Shown here one piece after another: positions 58,463-64,000 of a DNA stretch of 64,000 nucleotides. Position numbers and translations under genes: made by a program. Each line of letters begins with the position of its first letter. Within the stretch, counting starts at the first letter, position 1. Origin of the DNA: Candidatus Woesebacteria bacterium GW2011_GWC1_42_9 (lineage in GTDB: Bacteria; Patescibacteriota; Microgenomatia; UBA8517); contig LCET01000005.1 in assembly GCA_000995185.1 (NCBI GenBank), forward strand, positions 84,277-148,276, given 5' to 3'. Below the pieces are notes generated by a model. It saw only the letters and a list, made by a program, of their open reading frames with translations, had not been told where the DNA came from and did no database searches.

Positions 58463-58624
58463 GCAGTGACCCCGCCAAGGGGAAATGAGAATATTTTTCC
58501 TGACCGATTACGATTTCGGGAAAGCGGAAGTTCCCGGTGACCCGTGGGTACCGGGACAGCTTACCCACCTGGAGTATCTTCCAGGAAATCTTTCTCAGCA
58601 CCCCGCAAGGCGGGGTTATGGTTC

Positions 58625-58696
58625 GCCGTCTTAGCTCAGTGGTAGAGCAGCTGTTTTGTAAACAGCAGGTCGTCGGTTCAAGCCCGACAGACGGCT
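58625..58696 (+). tRNA. tRNA-Thr(UGU)
   Basis: Acceptor GCCGTCT/AGACGGC, anticodon stem GCTGT/ACAGC with loop TTTGTAA, T-loop TTCAAGC. Confidence 0.85.
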
Positions 58697-58705
58697 CAGT
58701 TATAA

Positions 58706-58790
58706 GTCAGGGTGGCAGAGTGGTCAAACGCACGAGTCTGTAAAACTCGCGCCCGAAAGGGCTACGGGGGTTCGAATCCCTCCCCTGGCA
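58706..58790 (+). tRNA. tRNA-Tyr(GUA)
   Basis: Anticodon stem CGAGT/ACTCG with loop CTGTAAA, long variable arm GCCC-GAAA-GGGC, T-arm GGGGG-TTCGAAT-CCCTC. The acceptor has one G-U pair and the D-stem has one mismatch. Confidence 0.7.
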
Positions 58791-58830
58791 CAACATATCA
58801 TCGAAAGATTAAAGGAAAAGGAGGAACGAA

Positions 58831-58950
58831 ATGAAGCCTTACTTAGCTAAAAGTAGCTATAGGGCAACAAAAAGGAACAGCCAAGATAACCAGCTTTGCT
58901 GGTTGATCCTAGGACTGTTCGTGTTCATTGTCATCCTCTTGCTATTTTGA
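58831..58950 (+). CDS. Candidate 39-aa single-TM peptide (not in ORF track)
   Basis: AAGGAGG SD sits 8 nt before the ATG. Translation is MKPYLAKSSYRATKRNSQDNQLCWLILGLFVFIVILLLF. Confidence 0.35.
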   Translation: MKPYLAKSSYRATKRNSQDNQLCWLILGLFVFIVILLLF

Positions 58951-58960
58951 GGAGGAGACA

Positions 58961-59059
58961 ATGGAAAAGTTAAAGATGTTGGCAAAGACGGTGCTAGGAG
59001 TGTTTTTCCTGCTAGCTTTCTTGGTATTGCTTTTCATCGTTTTTCCTTACTTCCCTTAG
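58961..59059 (+). CDS. Candidate 32-aa single-TM peptide (not in ORF track)
   Basis: GAGGAGG SD sits 7 nt before the ATG. Translation is MEKLKMLAKTVLGVFFLLAFLVLLFIVFPYFP. Confidence 0.35.
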   Translation: MEKLKMLAKTVLGVFFLLAFLVLLFIVFPYFP

Positions 59060-59074
59060 GGGATTTTTGATCGA

Positions 59075-59111
59075 GAGCCCGCGGCACTCAAAAGCTTCGG
59101 GCTCTTTTTTT
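59075..59111 (+). terminator. Rho-independent terminator (gagcccg...cgggctc + T7)
   Basis: 7-bp GC stem with a 16-nt loop that contains the AAGCTT palindrome, followed by TTTTTTT. Confidence 0.55.
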
Positions 59112-59985
59112 AATTCACCCAAGCGGGTTGAGCCCAATTTTCGATATAAACCGGAAGACTTTCTTCTTTGACAATTTTTCCGTCCCTAAAAGTTAACCTA
59201 ATTGCTAGCCCTTCACGGGTTTTCTCACTCCACATCTGATCAAATACAAAATTGCCAAGTGAATAGTAAACTGGCTTACCGTTGATATGTTCTACCTCCT
59301 GCACCCAGTGCGGATGATGCCCCGCAATCACATCTGCTCCATTAAAGACCAATTTTTTAGCGATTTCATTTTGTTTATCAGAGCGATTTTCCCGATACTC
59401 CGCTCCCCAATGCACCCCGACAATCAATACATCCACTTTAGAGTCCGACTTAGCCACTAAATCATAGTCATCTTGCACCGGCCATTTGTCGATAAATTCA
59501 AAGCCCAAAAACCCAAATTTTGTACCTTTAATTTCCTTAATTACTAAATTGCCCAGTCCCGTGTAGGCGATGCCATTCTCATTAAGCACTTTTGTCGTCT
59601 CAGTAAGCCCTTTCTGCCCGTAATTTAAAATATGGTTATTGGCCAAGGTAACCACATCTACCCCCGCGTAAACAAGCCCCTCTGCCATTTTAGGATCAGC
59701 ACAGAAAATAAGACCCTCATAAGTCCGGGGGCAATTAGTGGCTACCGGGCTCTCCAAATTCGCAAACACCACATCGGCACTTCTCAATCTGTCGTTAACT
59801 TTTATAAATGGATAATTAGGGTCGCTTTTCTTGTCCAGCGAAGTGGTCGCGACAGTTCTTCCAAGCATTATATCGCCAGTCAAAATAACTTCGACCTCGG
59901 AATTAGTACTTGCAACTTTCATGATCGGAGCAAAAGAAAAGATCATAAGTGAAGAAACGATTAACAGCAAATGCTTCCTGTTCAT
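59110..59985 (-). CDS. CapA/PGA_cap-family metallophosphatase-like protein
   Basis: Signal peptide, GDIMLGR, GNHxxxx and GHHPH motifs of the CapA/YmdB-like calcineurin fold. Confidence 0.75.
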   Translation of the reverse strand: MNRKHLLLIVSSLMIFSFAPIMKVASTNSEVEVILTGDIMLGRTVATTSLDKKSDPNYPFIKVNDRLRSADVVFANLESPVATNCPRTYEGLIFCADPKMAEGLVYAGVDVVTLANNHILNYGQKGLTETTKVLNENGIAYTGLGNLVIKEIKGTKFGFLGFEFIDKWPVQDDYDLVAKSDSKVDVLIVGVHWGAEYRENRSDKQNEIAKKLVFNGADVIAGHHPHWVQEVEHINGKPVYYSLGNFVFDQMWSEKTREGLAIRLTFRDGKIVKEESLPVYIENWAQPAWVN

Positions 59986-60013
59986 GATTTTAGTTTAACA
60001 GGAATTAGATTAC

Positions 60014-60022
60014 TGGTATAAT
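60014..60022 (+). promoter_or_regulatory. Extended -10 TGGTATAAT upstream of tRNA-Thr(GGU)
   Basis: Exact repeat of the 58454 element, 26 nt before the tRNA 5-prime end. Confidence 0.45.
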
Positions 60023-60048
60023 TCGGGCACGGTCAGGGGTGGTTATTT

Positions 60049-60210
60049 GCCTGGGTAGCTCAGTGGTAAGCAAAGCTTGGCCTTCGGCTAAAGCAAAGCT
60101 TGGCCTTCGGCTAAAGCAAAGCTTGGCCTTCGGCTAAAGCAAAGCTTGGCCTTCGGTAGAGCACTTTCTTGGTAAGAAAGGGGTCGGTGGTTCGAATCCA
60201 CTCTCAGGCT
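60049..60210 (+). tRNA. tRNA-Thr(GGU) interrupted in the D-loop by a 91-nt tandem-repeat array (possible pseudogene or unusual precursor)
   Basis: GCCTGGGTAGCTCAGTGGTA-[array]-GAGCACTTTCTTGGTAAGAAAGGGGTCGGTGGTTCGAATCCACTCTCAGGCT. Without the array the sequence is a canonical tRNA: acceptor GCCTGGG/CTCAGGC, anticodon loop TTGGTAA, T-loop TTCGAAT. Confidence 0.6.
60068..60158 (+). repeat. Four head-to-tail copies of the 23-nt unit aagcaaagcttggccttcggcta (the last copy lacks one c)
   Basis: Copies at 60068-60090, 60091-60113, 60114-60136 and 60137-60158. Each unit can form a uuggcc/ggcuaa hairpin. There are no spacers, so this is not a CRISPR array. Confidence 0.9.
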
Positions 60211-60211
60211 C

Positions 60212-60220
60212 TGGTATAAT
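60212..60220 (+). promoter_or_regulatory. Extended -10 TGGTATAAT immediately after the tRNA, upstream of rpmG
   Basis: Third exact copy of the element. The rpmG ATG is 8 nt downstream, suggesting a leaderless or short-leader transcript. Confidence 0.4.
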
Positions 60221-60227
60221 ACCGATT

Positions 60228-60398
60228 ATGGCAAAAGGATCACGCGAGGTCGTTGCAATGAAATGCAGAGACTGCAAAGCGCAAAATTACATTACTACAA
60301 GAAATAAGGTCAATATTGAAGGGAAATTAGTGGTGAAAAAATATTGCAGAAATTGCCGTAAAATCACTGAGCACAAAGAAACGATAAAGCTCAAATAA
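60228..60398 (+). CDS. rpmG: 50S ribosomal protein L33 (56 aa; not in ORF track)
   Basis: Translation MAKGSREVVAMKCRDCKAQNYITTRNKVNIEGKLVVKKYCRNCRKITEHKETIKLK, with the L33 zinc-ribbon pattern C..C..NY...KN......L..KKYC..C.K.T.H.E. Confidence 0.8.
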   Translation: MAKGSREVVAMKCRDCKAQNYITTRNKVNIEGKLVVKKYCRNCRKITEHKETIKLK

Positions 60399-60421
60399 GC
60401 CTCTTTTTAAAACCCCATAGT

Positions 60422-60450
60422 CTTGACAATTCGGATATCTTTTGATATGC
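60422..60450 (+). promoter_or_regulatory. Sigma70-like promoter TTGACA-17-TATGCT
   Basis: TTGACA at 60422-60427 and TATGCT at 60445-60450. AAAGGAG SD and an ATG at 60487 follow. Confidence 0.45.
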
Positions 60451-60486
60451 TTTTTCAGTTGAAAATTAGTGCTTAAAGGAGCACGA

Positions 60487-60645
60487 AATGACCATTTACA
60501 TTAAGGTCAAAAAGTCGTCTGGGAACGGACGGCAAAAATGGTCGCAGGTTAATTTAAAGGATCCGTCGAGGATAAGGCCCACGACATTGCCTTATATTTC
60601 TCTCCCTGACCCAGGACTGAGTCCTGCAACGGATCAGCGGATCTA
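60487..60645 (+). CDS. Candidate 52-aa protein (not in ORF track)
   Basis: Translation MTIYIKVKKSSGNGRQKWSQVNLKDPSRIRPTTLPYISLPDPGLSPATDQRI. Good promoter and SD. Followed by a ggggtag...ctacccc hairpin. Confidence 0.25.
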
Positions 60646-60792
60646 AATTTGAAAAACCTGCGCGCTTAAGGGGTAGCCTTTTTTTACTAGACTACCCCTT
60701 CCCTCCCCTCATGACTTCCGCCACCTCAAATTATGTTATAATAACTCAGTATTTTTCCAATTACCTTAATTTAATTAAAAAGGAGTACTGAA

Positions 60793-61059
60793 ATGTCACT
60801 GATTGGCAAGGTTGATCCAAAATTGGGACAAGCTCCCGAAGGAATGGTTTGGTACAAGTGCGACTGTAGGGGGCGCGACTGCCACAGACGCTTTGTTGTT
60901 AGCGATAAAATCACTAAGGAGTCGGACACCGTATTATATTCCACCGATTGCGATCCGAGGATGATAATCACAGAAAGGATGGTCGTTTCTGAAGACGACA
61001 GAGGTCAAAAAACATATGGTCCTTTGATCGTCTACCAAAATCCTGTCCCAACCGTGTAA
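60793..61059 (+). CDS. Hypothetical protein
   Basis: 88 aa. AAAGGAG SD. Contains CDCRGRDCH and a later Cys. Confidence 0.45.
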   Translation: MSLIGKVDPKLGQAPEGMVWYKCDCRGRDCHRRFVVSDKITKESDTVLYSTDCDPRMIITERMVVSEDDRGQKTYGPLIVYQNPVPTV

Positions 61060-61067
61060 CTTGAATA

Positions 61068-61099
61068 GGGTCTGTCCTCCGGATGGACCCTTCTTTTTT
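61068..61099 (+). terminator. Rho-independent terminator
   Basis: gggtctgtcc-tccg-ggatggaccc followed by a T-run. Confidence 0.55.
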
Positions 61100-61162
61100 C
61101 CCAATATTGTGGTATCATCGTCCCAAGCAGTTTGAAATGTGGGATAGGATAGAAAGGATCTC

Positions 61163-61366
61163 GTGATGGCTACTGAGAATATCCCTAAGCCAAAGCCGAC
61201 CTACCCCGAACGGAATCCTCTCTCCCAAGACGCGATCGACAAAGGGATCAAATGGGCACAATGCAAAATATGCGGCGCGTGGATTATAATCGGCCCAAAA
61301 GCATATGACCTCCTTTGTGCAGTCTGCATGATCAAGGAAGATAGGGAAAAACCGTTCATCGAATAG
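61163..61366 (+). CDS. Small zinc-ribbon-like protein
   Basis: 67 aa with CKICGAW...CAVC. A TGGTATCAT -10-like element sits at 61110-61118. Confidence 0.45.
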   Translation: MMATENIPKPKPTYPERNPLSQDAIDKGIKWAQCKICGAWIIIGPKAYDLLCAVCMIKEDREKPFIE

Positions 61367-61398
61367 CCCCGCTGGCAATACCGCAAAGCGGGGTTTTT
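61365..61398 (+). terminator. Rho-independent terminator (ccccgct...agcgggg + T7)
   Basis: 7-bp GC stem followed by TTTTTTT. Confidence 0.7.
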
Positions 61399-61401
61399 TT
61401 A

Positions 61402-61410
61402 TGGTAAAAT
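61402..61410 (+). promoter_or_regulatory. Extended -10 TGGTAAAAT, 12 nt upstream of the orphan tRNA-Trp 5-prime half
   Basis: Same element and same 12-nt spacing as upstream of tRNA-Leu (2673-2681 to 2693). Confidence 0.45.
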
Positions 61411-61418
61411 AGGGGTCT

Positions 61419-61457
61419 CTTAGGCCTGTAGTGAAATGGCATCACAAGCGTCTCCAA
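61419..61457 (+). repeat. Orphan duplicate of tRNA-Trp positions -3 to 37 (5-prime half through the anticodon CCA and A37)
   Basis: 39/39 identity between 61419-61457 and 61744-61782 (cttaggcctgtagtgaaatggcatcacaagcgtctccaa). The two sequences diverge immediately after tRNA nucleotide 37. Confidence 0.85.
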
Positions 61458-61782
61458 CCCCGCAGTTGCGGGGCGAATCCTTTAGGCTATAATAATTTGT
61501 GTATTACGTTTACGTACTATTAAGCAAGAAGGACAACAATATTTATACCGGTTTTACTTCAGATTTAAGAAGGAGAATTAAAGAGCATAAACTTGGCAAA
61601 GTAAAATCTACTGACAAGAGACGTCCACTTGAACTCATATATTACGAGACTTACAAAAACAAAAATGACGCAAAACATAGAGAAAAATACCTTAAAAGTG
61701 GTGGTAAGGCTAAAAATACGCTAAAATTGCAGATAACAAAATCCTTAGGCCTGTAGTGAAATGGCATCACAAGCGTCTCCAA
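61458..61782 (+). mobile_element. Putative 325-bp insertion carrying a GIY-YIG endonuclease gene and a replacement tRNA-Trp 5-prime half
   Basis: Inferred from the duplication. The segment starts with a ccccgcagttgcgggg hairpin, has a TATAAT at 61486-61491, carries the GIY-YIG ORF, and ends with the tRNA 5-prime half that rejoins the resident 3-prime half. Confidence 0.4.
61499..61756 (+). CDS. GIY-YIG-family nuclease (small UPF0213-type)
   Basis: GTG start. YYVYVLLSKKDNNIYTGFTSDLRRRIKEH is the GIY-YIG motif with the conserved Arg and Glu. The last four codons (SLGL*) are encoded by the first 10 nt of the repeat, including the tRNA-Trp 5-prime end. Confidence 0.75.
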   Translation: MYYVYVLLSKKDNNIYTGFTSDLRRRIKEHKLGKVKSTDKRRPLELIYYETYKNKNDAKHREKYLKSGGKAKNTLKLQITKSLGL

Positions 61783-61820
61783 AACGCTTATTCCAGGTTC
61801 GAATCCTGGCAGGCCTGCCA
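61747..61820 (+). tRNA. tRNA-Trp(CCA), with CCA encoded
   Basis: Acceptor AGGCCTG/CAGGCCT, D-arm GTGA-AATGGCA-TCAC, anticodon stem AGCGT/ACGCT with loop CTCCAAA, T-arm CCAGG-TTCGAAT-CCTGG, discriminator G, then CCA. Confidence 0.9.
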
Positions 61821-61847
61821 TACGGCTCTGATACAATGTAAGCTGAC

Positions 61848-63638
61848 TTGAAGAGTATAAAGAGAAAACTCAATAAATCTTCTAGGAAAGTATTGCTTGG
61901 GTGGGCCGCTATCCTCTTCTTGGCCCTTCTATTAAGGTCGTATGGGCTCAATCTAAACCCGGTTGGAATAAGCCACGACGATGAACTAAATGAAATATTA
62001 AATGCAAAATCAGTGGCTCTAACTCAAACTCAGCGACCAGGTTTTGTTGCCGGAATATTGACGCAAACCGATCAATGCAAATTTATTGGCGACTGCGTAT
62101 ATGGCGAATTAGGAACTTATATTCAAGTTCCGTGGATGTATTTCTCCCCGCTTGGTTTAGCTTTTTCTAGAATATTTTTTGTACTTATCTCTCTTGGGTT
62201 GGTTATTGCTACAGGCAAGTTATTTGAAAACTTTTCTAAAAGTACCACGATTGGCATGATTACAGGATTATTTGTCGCGATTAATCCCTGGGCGATTTAC
62301 TACGGGAGAACCGCGCACACTATTTTGGCATCCCATTTATTCTATTGTCTAGCCGCTTACTATTTCACTCGCCCCAATTCCTATAAATCTAATCTAATAT
62401 TTGGGGGTATAACTGCATTCATTGCATCTTTAATTTACTTTGGAGCAAAACCAATATTACCGCTAATAATTATTTGGGGAGTCTCATACAATTTATATCA
62501 ATTTGGATTTCGCAATATAAAGTTTACTTTTCAATTCCTTTTGGTAGCAATGATCGTGATTGGCGGGTATTTACTGATACTCTCTAATTCGTATGCGGGA
62601 AAAAGGTTTACCGACATAGAGAATGGGCGGCAGGAAAATGTGGGAATAACAATTGAGCTTGGCGGAAGTACTTCTTGGAGGGTAGGCCGACAAGTAGACA
62701 AAGTTACCCCGCGAATAGATAGTTTTCTTGGCTTCTTTTCTGCCTCGTCTTTATTTTTGACCGGACAGAGAGCATCTGACAACTACTATCTTTCGGGGCA
62801 TGGATATTACTATTTGGCAGACTTTATATTTCTAATACTTGGAATAATGGCAATTTCGTCCAGATTTGGGAGGGCAATGTTTATTTTGCTTTTGATTGCG
62901 ATTTCTATCACCCCAACTGCGATTAAGATCTCAGGAACTAGCATTTATTCACACAGGGCTTCACTAGCTTATCCCCTGATTAGCGGCATAATGGCATGGG
63001 GACTTTATTTTTGTTGGAGCAAGGTGCCGGCGAAGCCGTTTCTTGCCAAGATATTTTTACTATCAGCAGCAATCGTCTATTCCGGGTCTTTAATTTATTT
63101 TTTGTTTGTTTATTGGTATCGAAGTCCAGTCGAACAAAGCACGCGCTGGTTTTTCCACGAAAGAGTATTAGCAAGCTATATAACCAGAGTTCAAAAAAAT
63201 AATGAAAATAAAAAACTAATAGTAATCTCGGGACGCCCGGATGGGATTTTTAATTCATATGTTTTCTATAGCGGTGTTTACAATAACAAAGAAGGAATTA
63301 TAGAAATAAACAGTAAATACTTAGAGCGCGATTATGCGTATCGAGGAGCGATGTTCACTGATGATTGCAGTAAGATTGCCCAAGAAGACCTAGCCGAAAA
63401 CATTATTTTTATTGACAAAATCAATAATCCGGAGTGTGAAATTAACTTAGGCAACACCTCCAGAATTTCTAACCCAAGAGACGCGGGGGTGATCTATAAC
63501 ATCGTAAATGACTCCCTTTGTAAAGATTACTCGATTGGCAGATATCCGTACCCAAAAAGTATTCACGACTTTAGCGTAGAAAACCAAACAGATGAAGTCT
63601 TTTGTAAAACTTGGATAACAAATCCAGAAGTTAACTAA
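61848..63638 (+). CDS. GT39/ArnT-like (PMT_2 family) membrane glycosyltransferase, paralogue of 16050-17777
   Basis: TTG start. About 12 TMs. Early acidic loop (SHDDELNE). Large C-terminal soluble domain. Confidence 0.6.
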   Translation: MKSIKRKLNKSSRKVLLGWAAILFLALLLRSYGLNLNPVGISHDDELNEILNAKSVALTQTQRPGFVAGILTQTDQCKFIGDCVYGELGTYIQVPWMYFSPLGLAFSRIFFVLISLGLVIATGKLFENFSKSTTIGMITGLFVAINPWAIYYGRTAHTILASHLFYCLAAYYFTRPNSYKSNLIFGGITAFIASLIYFGAKPILPLIIIWGVSYNLYQFGFRNIKFTFQFLLVAMIVIGGYLLILSNSYAGKRFTDIENGRQENVGITIELGGSTSWRVGRQVDKVTPRIDSFLGFFSASSLFLTGQRASDNYYLSGHGYYYLADFIFLILGIMAISSRFGRAMFILLLIAISITPTAIKISGTSIYSHRASLAYPLISGIMAWGLYFCWSKVPAKPFLAKIFLLSAAIVYSGSLIYFLFVYWYRSPVEQSTRWFFHERVLASYITRVQKNNENKKLIVISGRPDGIFNSYVFYSGVYNNKEGIIEINSKYLERDYAYRGAMFTDDCSKIAQEDLAENIIFIDKINNPECEINLGNTSRISNPRDAGVIYNIVNDSLCKDYSIGRYPYPKSIHDFSVENQTDEVFCKTWITNPEVN

Positions 63639-63718
63639 ATCCCAAGAATCACCTCCTTCTCTCTATGGGCTAAACGATCCGCATATTATACACTGATCGT
63701 GCTATAATCCCCTCAAAG

Positions 63719-64000
63719 ATGGCGAGAATTAGCTTCCCGAGGACTATAAAGAAATACAAAAAAACATTTTCTCTGATTGCTGGGATTATCGCTTTAATAG
63801 TTTTATTTTTACTGCTCAAACCAAAACAGGCAGAAGAAATAGTCGAAACTCCCAAAGAAGACATTGTCCCCACTGCGATCATTGAAATTTTCGAGGGTTC
63901 TCCAGAAGTAAAACTTCCAAACAAAGAATTTAAATTAGCACAAAACGGGATAGAGATCCCCGCCGGGACCATTGTTAAAACTGACGACAAATCCCGCGCA
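63719..64000 (+). CDS. Hypothetical membrane-anchored protein, 3-prime end beyond the window
   Basis: ATG at 63719 after a TATAAT at 63703-63708. Translation MARISFPRTIKKYKKTFSLIAGIIALIVLFLLLKPKQAEE... The frame stays open to the window end. Preferred over the antisense ORF-track entry at 63670-63990. Confidence 0.4.
   Translation, partial: MARISFPRTIKKYKKTFSLIAGIIALIVLFLLLKPKQAEEIVETPKEDIVPTAIIEIFEGSPEVKLPNKEFKLAQNGIEIPAGTIVKTDDKSRA

Noticed and set aside
58460-58624. SRP RNA, RNase P RNA or 6S RNA in the tRNA-Thr leader
   Set aside because: No GGAAGCAGC-type domain IV motif and no AAAGUCCGG / P4 motifs. The region is too short for RNase P RNA. The three-hairpin architecture does not fit the 6S single long helix. 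Left as an unclassified structured leader.
58831-59059. The small peptides considered as SecE (expected near tRNA, rpmG and nusG in many bacteria)
   Set aside because: Neither has the conserved amphipathic KxVxWP segment preceding the TM helix, and no nusG follows. Kept as unclassified small membrane peptides.
60068-60158. 23-nt direct repeats considered as a possible CRISPR array
   Set aside because: The units are strictly head-to-tail with no spacers, lie inside a tRNA gene, and have no leader or cas genes nearby. This is a tandem minisatellite, not CRISPR.
61419-61820. Group I intron in tRNA-Trp carrying a GIY-YIG homing endonuclease
   Set aside because: An intron would be followed by only the 3-prime exon (positions 38-76). 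Here the downstream copy is a complete tRNA including positions -3 to 37, so the structure is a duplication or insertion, not an intervening sequence.
63670-63990. ORF-track minus-strand 106-aa ORF at the window end
   Set aside because: The opposite (+) strand has an ATG with an upstream TATAAT, an N-terminal signal-anchor and an open frame to the window edge. The minus ORF has low-complexity composition typical of antisense frames.
1-64000. Alternative genetic code (UGA recoded, as in some CPR lineages) as an explanation for the short RF1 and apparent absence of RF2
   Set aside because: TGA terminates several confidently identified genes (for example the dksA-like gene at 602-604 and rpsR at 12354-12356) with correct C-termini, so the standard code 11 applies in this window.

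Overview
The window reads as a compact, gene-dense bacterial chromosome segment on both strands. Several features look like a reduced Patescibacteria/CPR-type genome: a 153-aa EF-Ts, a ProRS without an editing domain, a 58-aa S18, many 1-30 nt gene overlaps and frequent GTG/TTG starts. TGA, TAA and TAG are all used as stops, so the standard code applies. Recognisable housekeeping genes are efp, dnaB, rpsF-ssb-rpsR, ychF, cysS, recR-ybaB-dnaX, ybeY, proS, rseP, frr-tsf-rpsB, folD-glyA-tmk, thyA, topA-dprA, pbp2-mreB, def-fmt and the ribosomal proteins rpmE, rpmB and rpmG. There are six tRNA genes (Leu-CAA, His-GUG, Thr-UGU, Tyr-GUA, Thr-GGU, Trp-CCA). The observations most worth following up are these. 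(1) A roughly 10-kb copper/metal-homeostasis island at 17.8-28.1 kb. It holds two P1B ATPases (one with a non-canonical CPD motif), a copZ-like chaperone, an unusual HMA - thiol-membrane domain - 2x cupredoxin-like protein with CxMGM and CGCG motifs, a YtkA/FixH-like protein and a two-component system. It is followed by a Cys-rich exported protein, a CcdA-like protein, a DUF1573 protein and a ZIP transporter with palindromic operators. (2) A tRNA-Thr(GGU) whose D-loop contains four tandem copies of a 23-nt hairpin-forming repeat. (3) A tRNA-Trp gene whose 5-prime half (positions -3 to 37) is duplicated around a 325-bp insertion carrying a GIY-YIG endonuclease gene. (4) A release factor 1 lacking domain 1, placed immediately after an L31 gene that has a lysine-rich tail. 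(5) A YjjX-ITPase - NUDIX fusion, a VKOR-DoxX-cupredoxin redox cluster, two tandem small hydrophobic peptide genes after a tRNA pair, and a recurring extended -10 element TGGTATAAT/TGGTAAAAT. No CRISPR arrays, reverse transcriptases or integrases were seen.
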